From: Candidatus Hermodarchaeota archaeon
GTDB lineage: Archaea; Asgardarchaeota; Heimdallarchaeia; Hodarchaeales; Hodarchaeaceae
Length of the DNA stretch: 15,113 bases
Assembly: GCA_048886185.1 (NCBI GenBank)
Contig: JBHLKY010000043.1
Location: 1 to 15,113, forward strand
Reading direction: 5' to 3'
The position numbers were made by a program, and so were the translations under genes. Below, piece after piece: positions 1 through 6,929 of the stretch (within the stretch, counting starts at the first letter, position 1; each line of letters begins with the position of its first letter). Under the pieces are notes generated by a model. The model did not search any database and was not told where the DNA came from. It saw nothing but the letters and a program-made list of their open reading frames with translations.

Positions 1-54
1 AAATAATGATTTTTTTATCCAGATTGATAATATTAAAACTGAAGGCGATCCATT

Positions 55-231
55 ATGACAAAAAAGAAAAAAGCTAAACAGATTTATCTTCGGGTTTCAG
101 GTAATCTTTATGATTCAATTGAAAAAGCAATTCAGATAGGAATTGCTGATAATGCCCCAGAGTTTGTACGTCGGTGTATAGTCAATCAGTTAATGGAGTT
201 AAAGCTGTTGGATCTTGAGAAAAAAGATTAA
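55..231 (+). CDS. Ribbon-helix-helix (CopG/Arc/MetJ-like) small DNA-binding protein, 58 aa (not in ORF track)
   Basis: Hand translation from ATG55 to TAA229-231 gives MTKKKKAKQIYLRVSGNLYDSIEKAIQIGIADNAPEFVRRCIVNQLMELKLLDLEKKD. It has an alternating beta strand (QIYLRVS), helix A (LYDSIEKAIQIG) and helix B (APEFVRRCI), matching the archaeal RHH pattern. A purine-rich GAAGGCGA lies just upstream. Confidence 0.75.
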   Translation: MTKKKKAKQIYLRVSGNLYDSIEKAIQIGIADNAPEFVRRCIVNQLMELKLLDLEKKD

Positions 232-1023
232 TTATTCACCTTTTCGTGCAACTCCAAAAAATACTGGCATAAATGAAAACAATTCAGTCGGGGGGTGTGT
301 TTCAAGTATGTGCTTAAGTTTTTTTAGATTATCTTTGTTTTTCTCAGAAAGGAATCGAGTTAATTTATCAATTTCATCTTTATATAAGTCCATCACAACA
401 TTTGGAGAGAGGACAGCTGACTGAAGACCTACTTCTACTTCAAGACCAACTTTAGAAAAGAGTGCACGTAGTTTTCGTCCAATAAGGGGATCAGGAGCAG
501 ATAATGACTCAAAAAGGAGCTCTTCCCAGAGTTTACTAGCAGGATAATCGATACGTCCTCCATAATCAGGCTCAGCTAAGCAAGCTATCCACCCTCCAAT
601 ACGAGTCACTCGCTTCATTTCTTTCAATACTGTGAGGGGTTCTTTTACCCACAATAAAAAATAATGGCTTAAAGTAATATCGAAACTGTTTGGTGAAAAC
701 GGTAATAATTCTCCTTTCGCGCAAACAACATGAGGATTAATTGACTCTCTCTTTGAATAATTTAATGCAATCAAATTCCAATCGACGCCCACTAGCTTTA
801 TTCTTGAGTTAATTGTCTGAATTTCTCTCAGTATTGCACCAGTCCCAGATCCCACTTCAAGAACCTTCTGTGCATGAAACAAATTCATCTTCCGGTATAA
901 CCGCTTTCTAGTTGATATGGTCCATTCCAGTTGATCCTCATAAAGTTCATTGAAATAATGAGTATCTTCTTCCGAATAAATTTGATCTTTCAAGCTTAAT
1001 CGTTGGCCTGACTCTCGGGACAT
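232..1023 (-). CDS. Class I SAM-dependent methyltransferase (Methyltransf_11/25-like)
   Basis: Motif I VLEVGSGTG, acidic VGVD at the end of beta2, and LPFSPNSFDITLSHYFLLWV post-II motif. An SD-like GTGAGGA lies 6 nt upstream of ATG1023. The gene overlaps the 3' end of the radical SAM gene by 28 nt. Substrate unknown. Confidence 0.9.
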   Translation of the reverse strand: MSRESGQRLSLKDQIYSEEDTHYFNELYEDQLEWTISTRKRLYRKMNLFHAQKVLEVGSGTGAILREIQTINSRIKLVGVDWNLIALNYSKRESINPHVVCAKGELLPFSPNSFDITLSHYFLLWVKEPLTVLKEMKRVTRIGGWIACLAEPDYGGRIDYPASKLWEELLFESLSAPDPLIGRKLRALFSKVGLEVEVGLQSAVLSPNVVMDLYKDEIDKLTRFLSEKNKDNLKKLKHILETHPPTELFSFMPVFFGVARKGE

Positions 1024-2321
1024 ATGTATTCCTCACGATAGAAACTCAGAGGGCAACCACCACCACAGAGATTAAGTTGATCACAGTTTCTACATTCATT
1101 AGGAACATTTGCATGAGTTCGCAGTTCTTTTGATAGAGGATTGTTCCAGATGCTTTCCCAACTATCATTCAGAATATTTCCCAATCCTTTATAATAACTC
1201 TGACATGGAATAACGGTCCCATTAGGTTCGATAGCCATTGCTAATTGTGAAGCCGAACATCTTTTCACTCCTAATCCAAGGTTGTTGGGATCAAGTTCAC
1301 AGTAACGAGTTGGCATATACCAAATAAACTGCATACCATATTCATCTGCCACATCCTGAATCGATTCGAGAATGGGTATTAGTTCACTCTCCGTTAAAGC
1401 TATCTTGGACATATTTTCCCCCTTTCCTGCATATATAATTGAGTTACAGGCGAATTGTTCAACATCAAGGCTATTAAGGAACTCTATGGTTTCTTCTATC
1501 TTGGGGGCATTCAATCGAGTCAATGTGGTGTTCGTTAGAGTGTAAGTGGGAGTATCTATGGCATTCTTTACGCCCTCAACCGTTTCTTTCCAAGCTTGGT
1601 CATTTCCCACCATTTGGTTGTGAATCCTTTCATCTACACTTTCGAATGTGATCTGAATATGATCTAAACCGTTATTTACTAGACTGTTTACATAGTTTGC
1701 ATCTTTTAAATTTCGACCATTTGTAATAAGTCCAGTAACTATTCCAATATTCTCTGCATGGTCAATTAAATCGGATAGATCAGAGCGTAACGTGGGTTCA
1801 CCTCCCGTGAAAGTCACGTGAGGGATAGAAATCTCCCAAAGTCGTTCTAGAATAGCCTTCCAAGTCTTTGTATCTAATTCAACTGCATTTTGTGAGTCTG
1901 GTTGATTATAGCAGTGTTCACATTTATTATTACATCGATAAGTAATAGCTAGATCCATCCGTAAAGGAGCTGCTAATTGTAGTTCCGTTAAATTCGATTC
2001 TTCCATCTGTAAGGAATGAATTGGACATATGTCATCTGTTATTGATAATGTATGAATCATCTCTTTCAATGATTGAAGATCTTGATTCGCTTGTTGCTCA
2101 CTAACACGATAAAGGCCTTTAAGCTCCTTTACGATTTCTGAATCTGTCTTACATTTCAAAATCCTTTCCACAAAGAATGTTGCCGTAGAGTTAAGGTTCA
2201 ATATTCTTGATGCGTTGATAATTAAGAGGCCACTATCTTCTTGGCGGCGAAGATGTAACCGAATATCTCCATCCTCCCCTTCTCTCAAATGTACAAGTTT
2301 AGGCTTATTTGAATGTTTCAT
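996..2321 (-). CDS. Radical SAM/SPASM enzyme with N-terminal PqqD-like RiPP recognition element (putative peptide/protein maturase)
   Basis: CxxxCxxC motif CNNKCEHC (1911-1934), GGEP motif TFTGGEPTLR, SPASM motifs CSASQLAMAIEPNGTVIPC and Cx2Cx5Cx3C (CRNCDQLNLCGGGCP). The N-terminal segment LLIINASRILNLNSTATFFVERIL...SEIVKELKGLYRVSEQQANQDL resembles PqqD/RRE winged-helix domains. Confidence 0.93.
   Translation of the reverse strand: MKHSNKPKLVHLREGEDGDIRLHLRRQEDSGLLIINASRILNLNSTATFFVERILKCKTDSEIVKELKGLYRVSEQQANQDLQSLKEMIHTLSITDDICPIHSLQMEESNLTELQLAAPLRMDLAITYRCNNKCEHCYNQPDSQNAVELDTKTWKAILERLWEISIPHVTFTGGEPTLRSDLSDLIDHAENIGIVTGLITNGRNLKDANYVNSLVNNGLDHIQITFESVDERIHNQMVGNDQAWKETVEGVKNAIDTPTYTLTNTTLTRLNAPKIEETIEFLNSLDVEQFACNSIIYAGKGENMSKIALTESELIPILESIQDVADEYGMQFIWYMPTRYCELDPNNLGLGVKRCSASQLAMAIEPNGTVIPCQSYYKGLGNILNDSWESIWNNPLSKELRTHANVPNECRNCDQLNLCGGGCPLSFYREEYICPESQAND
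1030..1036 (-). promoter_or_regulatory. Shine-Dalgarno-like site for the methyltransferase
   Basis: GTGAGGA on the minus strand, 6 nt upstream of ATG1023, inside the radical SAM coding region. Confidence 0.55.
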
Positions 2322-2387
2322 TTAACGTCCACCTCCAGCACAAGCACAGGCACAACCAGCACAGGCACAAGCGCAACCTCCACCTCC
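2322..2387 (-). repeat. Cys-Ala low-complexity tandem motif: two CACACAG heptads flanked by Gly runs
   Basis: Codons at 2322-2387 read GGGG CACACAG CACACAG GGR stop, with six Cys within 12 residues. Synonymous codons vary between copies (TGT/TGC, GCT/GCC), so the repeat is not a perfect DNA microsatellite. Confidence 0.9.
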
Positions 2388-3821
2388 TCTTGAACGCCCA
2401 CCACTTCCTCTAGGAATAGGATGACTAATTCGTGTCACTCTACTTGTGAAAGACCTACCATGAGGAACCCAGTGCCATCTATGGTAACCATAATGGTAGT
2501 ACCAGGGATAATAATCGTAATACTCTTCTCGCTCTGTTATTTGCACTTCTAGATCAGGGAGGAATTCCTCATCCAAAATTGCCCAGAACCAAGCCTCTTT
2601 CGGAACATTTTGAGGATCAAATTCAGATTTAATTGTAGCAACAGAATCTCGAATCAATTTTTCATAATATTCTACGGTTCTTTCATATGAATATCCACGT
2701 ATCCGTTGTTGAGTAGATTTCACCAAACTGGACACAGCTTTTACCATATCACCTTCATCAAGACTGAGATCAACCTGAATGGATTTCAGAACTATTTTCT
2801 CGTATTTACGGAGATACTTTTTCGAAATACCTTTAATAGGTTCAAGAAGAGGTCTTTCTGGAGAAAGCTGTCTTAACAAACCCTTCTGGATTAATGTAAG
2901 TATAATCATGGAGATTGTGACATTAACAGCTTTTTCTAATACAACTGCCACTTCTTCACGACGAAGATCAGTTCTTGGACCTGCTGTAGGTACAGATACA
3001 AAAGGAGGAATATAATCCATTAATCGACGTCGTTTCCTTACATAAGTTATACTAGCAATGACAATAACAATAATTATGCCACCTACAACACCCAAAATAA
3101 TTAGAAATTCCTCTGTGGTGAGAGGAATACTAGTATACCAAGTGACACCTTTTTTAGGAAATGATACTCCATACTGATACTGTTTATTAGGTAATGCTTC
3201 TGATTCGTGCCATTCGAAGACTTTACGTCCATTTGATAAGAAGTACTCGCGATCTGGTTTAAACCGATGATACTTTGTATAAGTTGTCTCATTTACTGTT
3301 ACAGGAAAAATAATTCTTGTTGTTAAATTAGTATTACCTATAGTATACTTTGAACTCCACCATGTATTTCCAAATTCTACACTAGCCATATCTTCATCTT
3401 CAGTGTCTTCAAATATCATGTACGGTTGGTTTCCCTTAACATGGAGTACCCCGCTATCTGTAATTGTGGATTCATATAAATGAATCTCAACACCAATACT
3501 TATTACCTCAGATTTCTTAATATCTGTCACTGGTGTCCCATCTACATCAGCTATCACACTTTCTAGTTTATAATGCTTGTTGGGAAAGCCTATATCCACA
3601 ATATCAATAGGATCACCTCCACTTTCTACAACAAATGTAATCCAGTATTCAATATCGGCAGAACCATCTAAATTGATACATACTTCGACTATTTCTTCGG
3701 GCACAGAGAATTTATAATCATTAACAGTATTAATGTTTCCGCTGATTCCAGTTATTGGTATAATCATTAATAAGAGAATGAAACAGATAACATAACAAGA
3801 AAAGTATTTCAATAACTTCAT
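2322..3821 (-). CDS. Signal peptide + extracellular beta domain + single TM + cytoplasmic region (DUF2207-like architecture) with C-terminal (CA)3G(CA)3GGGR tail; putative radical SAM substrate
   Basis: N-terminal hydrophobic signal, TM FLIILGVVGGIIIVIVIASITYV followed by RKRRR (positive-inside), then a Tyr/His/Trp-rich segment, a Gly/Arg linker and GGGGCACACAGCACACAGGGR-stop. The stop codon directly abuts the radical SAM ATG (TAAATG). The DUF2207 similarity is judged by eye only. Confidence 0.8.
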   Translation of the reverse strand: MKLLKYFSCYVICFILLLMIIPITGISGNINTVNDYKFSVPEEIVEVCINLDGSADIEYWITFVVESGGDPIDIVDIGFPNKHYKLESVIADVDGTPVTDIKKSEVISIGVEIHLYESTITDSGVLHVKGNQPYMIFEDTEDEDMASVEFGNTWWSSKYTIGNTNLTTRIIFPVTVNETTYTKYHRFKPDREYFLSNGRKVFEWHESEALPNKQYQYGVSFPKKGVTWYTSIPLTTEEFLIILGVVGGIIIVIVIASITYVRKRRRLMDYIPPFVSVPTAGPRTDLRREEVAVVLEKAVNVTISMIILTLIQKGLLRQLSPERPLLEPIKGISKKYLRKYEKIVLKSIQVDLSLDEGDMVKAVSSLVKSTQQRIRGYSYERTVEYYEKLIRDSVATIKSEFDPQNVPKEAWFWAILDEEFLPDLEVQITEREEYYDYYPWYYHYGYHRWHWVPHGRSFTSRVTRISHPIPRGSGGRSRGGGGCACACAGCACACAGGGR

Positions 3822-3828
3822 GATGATA

Positions 3829-3833
3829 ACCTC
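3829..3833 (-). promoter_or_regulatory. Shine-Dalgarno-like site for the Cys-tail membrane protein
   Basis: GAGGT on the minus strand, 7 nt upstream of ATG3821. Confidence 0.55.
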
Positions 3834-3930
3834 GGTAATTGTTTAGCTTTGTCACAGTTTTACTGAGGTTAAGAATGTTTTCTTCACATACTTTTCTTAA
3901 AAACTCAAAAAATTCTCAGGTATGAAAGGA

Positions 3931-4809
3931 TCATATATCAACATTCAGTACTGATCGAACGACTAATCCAATAATGAAAGTCAATGCTGCTACTCCTAAA
4001 CTAATTCCGACAATTTCAGAAAATCTTTTCTTAAATGAAAGATCCTTAGCAACCGAAATATAAAACGTAAAGAGAAAAATCACAATAATCGCATTGATAA
4101 TAGTGATTATCAAGCAAAAAATGGGAGATTGATTACTAAATACTAAAAAAGGGAAAATCAGAAAAAATACAGTAAGAACATATGCAGTTCCTGTATAAAT
4201 TGCAGCTTTTAAAGGATTTTTTGTCGATTTTTCCTCAGATTTTGTTGCTAGATATTCTGAAGCTGCCATGGATAATGAGGCTGCAATTCCTGTAATTAGT
4301 CCAGCCAGTGCAATTAGTTGAGAGTTTTGAAATGCTAATGTTAATCCAGCTAACGCTCCTGTTAGCTCGACAAGCGCATCATTTAACCCAAGTACAACAG
4401 ATCCGATATAATCAAGTAATTCTTCGTCTATCAGCCCTATAAGCTGTTTTTCATGAGCTTCTTCGTCGTCGATGATAGATTTAGCTTCAGGAATTACTTT
4501 CATGATTTTTGTATAGAAAGGTTGAGCTTGTCCTTCTCCGAGCTCCATTAGACGAATACCAAATGTCAATCCAAAGATCTTGGAAATAAAATAATAGACC
4601 CACTTTTTTATCCTACTGAGTTTCACATCACTATGTGTATATTGCTTCCAGAAATTATAGTGACTCAATTCATCCTCAGCGATCTTACTGAGTATTTTTT
4701 TATTGTGAGAATCTTTGATAGACTTCGAGAGCTTTTTATAAATGAAATATTCTGTAATTTCATTTTTCTGAGCTGTTAGTATGAGTTTTTTTGTTTGTTC
4801 ATCAAACAT
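3931..4809 (-). CDS. Ferritin/rubrerythrin-like domain + VIT1/CCC1 membrane domain (MbfA-like iron/manganese transporter)
   Basis: N-terminal four-helix di-iron motifs (KNEITEYFIY, AEDELSHY, EEAHEKQL). The C-terminal VIT1 signature is VVLGLNDALVELTGALAGLT...GLITGIAASLSMAASEYLATKSE, followed by multiple TM helices. Confidence 0.9.
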   Translation of the reverse strand: MFDEQTKKLILTAQKNEITEYFIYKKLSKSIKDSHNKKILSKIAEDELSHYNFWKQYTHSDVKLSRIKKWVYYFISKIFGLTFGIRLMELGEGQAQPFYTKIMKVIPEAKSIIDDEEAHEKQLIGLIDEELLDYIGSVVLGLNDALVELTGALAGLTLAFQNSQLIALAGLITGIAASLSMAASEYLATKSEEKSTKNPLKAAIYTGTAYVLTVFFLIFPFLVFSNQSPIFCLIITIINAIIVIFLFTFYISVAKDLSFKKRFSEIVGISLGVAALTFIIGLVVRSVLNVDI

Positions 4810-5042
4810 CTATTGCTTCAACTCTTTTGATTTTATTCTCTCAAAATGAATGAAAGTTTGTAGAACAATTTATGAGTATATGCATCTGATGGATTACAAC
4901 TCAGGAAATAATCTAATATAATTAGTACTCCCTCAATATTATTTGATCTTAGTACAGGTAAAAAGAGGCTTATTCAGAGAGGAATCAAAAGTTTAATCAA
5001 TCTCATGAAAAATAGTTTTGTAAATGAATGACGTGATCATAA

Positions 5043-5657
5043 ATGGCTGCTTATACAGATCTGGGTCAATTTATAATGAAATTGTTCGATGAACTTATTG
5101 CTGATTCTAAAGCTCAGTTAACTGAAGCGCAAAAATCCTTTTGTGAGGAGATGCCTCGTAGAGTGACCTCAAGATCTAGTGTGACGCTTGCTCAATCTGA
5201 AAGATTTGTTAAGGAAATAGCTGATCAATTATTACGAATTAATCAAGATTTGCTGAATCAATACGCAGTTTCAATCGCTAAGAAAGCACGGAGTGCTAGC
5301 AAGAAATCTTCTGATAGTCTAGAAAGAGACTTTGAAGAACTTAAACAGCAACTCTCTAAGAAAGAACAGGAAACTGAAGGACTTCAAGCAAAATCCAGAT
5401 CTTTGGAACACCGAATTGGGATCCTTGAACGAGAGAAAGAAGAGACATTACGTCAAGCTTCGAAATTGAATAACACTGTGATTGAATTGGAAAAACGTCT
5501 TACAGCAGCGAATGATGAATTTTCGCGACAGATCAATGATCTAAATGTAGAATGGGAAACTAAATTCCAAAAAAACCAAGAAGAATGGGACAGCTATCTT
5601 AAGTTAAAATTAGCTGAACGTGAAATTGTAACCTCTGACACCGCAGAGACAGAATAA
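5043..5657 (+). CDS. Hypothetical coiled-coil protein
   Basis: 204-aa ORF with a long charged heptad-like helix (LERDFEELKQQLSKKEQETEGLQAKSRSLEHRIGILEREKEE...). No family recognised. Confidence 0.75.
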   Translation: MAAYTDLGQFIMKLFDELIADSKAQLTEAQKSFCEEMPRRVTSRSSVTLAQSERFVKEIADQLLRINQDLLNQYAVSIAKKARSASKKSSDSLERDFEELKQQLSKKEQETEGLQAKSRSLEHRIGILEREKEETLRQASKLNNTVIELEKRLTAANDEFSRQINDLNVEWETKFQKNQEEWDSYLKLKLAEREIVTSDTAETE

Positions 5658-5669
5658 CCAAAATATTTA

Positions 5670-6062
5670 CTATTTTCTAGAGTACACTTTAGCTACAGCT
5701 TCTATTCCCTCACAAATTATTTCAACGAAATCTCCCTCTTTTATTTTGTGAGTAGCGGTTTTAGTTCCTAATACAGCTGGAACTTGAACAATTCCAGAGA
5801 CTTCGGACCCGCGACTAACTCGTGTTCCATGATCGGTCACAACACCTGCAACATCCTTAACAACATCAGACCAAGACCAATCAATACTTGGACAGACTAA
5901 TATGTGAGGATATTGATCACGAAAGGCGGAAATTCGGGCACGAGCGTCTTTAGGAGTGTTTGAAATAAATGCAATCCCATCTGTCTGTGATATTTGATTA
6001 GCTGCCCAGCCCTTTAAGATGATCCTAAGTTTTTTTTCTCTTTGCATTTCCATTCTTGTCAT
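5670..6062 (-). CDS. Stand-alone PEP-utilising enzyme mobile (swivelling) domain, phospho-His position occupied by Arg
   Basis: IILKGWAA...GIAFIS, ILVCPSIDWSWSDVVKDVAGVVTDHGTRVSRGSEVSGIVQVPAVLGT and ATHKIKEGDFVEI align with the PEP synthase/PPDK mobile-domain consensus (ILV...W...AAAIVTDEGGxTSHAAIVARELGIPAVVG..AT..IKDGD.V). Confidence 0.8.
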   Translation of the reverse strand: MTRMEMQREKKLRIILKGWAANQISQTDGIAFISNTPKDARARISAFRDQYPHILVCPSIDWSWSDVVKDVAGVVTDHGTRVSRGSEVSGIVQVPAVLGTKTATHKIKEGDFVEIICEGIEAVAKVYSRK

Positions 6063-6187
6063 CTGTTCTTTATTAGTTCCAAGAAGAAAAATTTAGTAAC
6101 ATTTTTTTGAACCCATTGTTAATTTATTAGCCAAAGAAAAACTCTTTAGAATAACACTAAACCAAGATTAATATCAGTTGAAGCTTT

Positions 6188-6922
6188 ATGATTTTTAGGA
6201 ACCACAATAAATTACTACTTCTTAGCTTAATTCTTTATTCAAGCCTTGTACTAGCTGTTTCCCAATTAAACATTAGTTCGTGTAAAGCAATTGAAGTGAC
6301 TCCTACCACAAGGGTTGGATGGCATGATGTTGTGGTTGTAAACTACACGTTATGGATATTAGAGGATGAAGAACCACCTTTAGTAGGAACAATTTACGTA
6401 GAGAATCCAGATATAATAGAACAAGAGGGTGTCCCTGAAAGTATTATTGAAGAATTTCCTGATGTGTATGCGCCACCAAATCTTGGTTTTGTGGAGGGAA
6501 TTTTAGGAATGAAAGCTGGAGAAGAAAAAAATTGGGAGGTTCCTTTCTCAAGTGGAAAAGCTTTCAATAATGCCACAAAAGATCCCGACTATTATGGTAA
6601 GGACCTCTTCTATCAAATCAGGTTAAAGGAAATCTTACTTGATGCAAGTATACCCCCCTCAACGTTACTAGATCTCCCTTTTTTTCTACCTCTAGTTGGT
6701 CTTATAGGTTTACTTATCTCCCTTTTGATAATCTTACGAATTCAGCGATATAGTCGTACACATAATCTTTTTGGGTTAAAGAAAAAGTGTTACAGCTGTA
6801 GAAAATTAGCAGAGGTACGGTGTGGAAACTCTGCGTGTAGCACTCATTATTGTAAAAAATGTTTTCTAAACAATAATATGTGTGATGTGTGTCACTCAAA
6901 TACTATGGTTCCTATAAAATGA
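6188..6922 (+). CDS. Membrane-anchored FKBP-fold (peptidyl-prolyl isomerase-like) protein with C-terminal 8-Cys zinc finger
   Basis: N-terminal signal/TM; FKBP-like motifs VVVVNYTL, GFVEGILGMKAGEEK and YYGKDLFYQIRLKEI; TM LPFFLPLVGLIGLLISLLIIL; then Cx2Cx7Cx4Cx4Cx2Cx6Cx2C (6788-6892). Confidence 0.75.
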   Translation: MIFRNHNKLLLLSLILYSSLVLAVSQLNISSCKAIEVTPTTRVGWHDVVVVNYTLWILEDEEPPLVGTIYVENPDIIEQEGVPESIIEEFPDVYAPPNLGFVEGILGMKAGEEKNWEVPFSSGKAFNNATKDPDYYGKDLFYQIRLKEILLDASIPPSTLLDLPFFLPLVGLIGLLISLLIILRIQRYSRTHNLFGLKKKCYSCRKLAEVRCGNSACSTHYCKKCFLNNNMCDVCHSNTMVPIK

Positions 6923-6929
6923 AGGATTA

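Noticed and set aside
215-424. Plus-strand 69-aa ORF
   Set aside because: Antisense shadow of the methyltransferase, with no recognisable motif.
2337-2375. GCACA-rich DNA considered as a microsatellite or phase-variation tract
   Set aside because: Third codon positions vary while the Cys/Ala pattern is kept, indicating a protein-level motif rather than slippage.
2779-3015. Plus-strand 78-aa ORF
   Set aside because: Antisense to the Cys-tail membrane protein, with no motif.
3101-3292. Minus-strand 63-aa ORF, considered as a nested precursor peptide for the radical SAM enzyme
   Set aside because: It is out of frame inside a well-supported CDS, has no Cys and no patterned core, and no SD is evident.
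4905-4930. Imperfect palindrome CTAATATAATTAG upstream of the VIT1 gene, considered as a Fur/DtxR-type metal box
   Set aside because: It is short, imperfect and AT-rich, and does not match either consensus well enough to call.
6394-6576. Minus-strand 60-aa ORF
   Set aside because: Antisense shadow of the FKBP-like gene.
6714-6899. Minus-strand 61-aa ORF with several Cys/His/Tyr
   Set aside because: Its composition is a by-product of the antisense zinc-finger codons.
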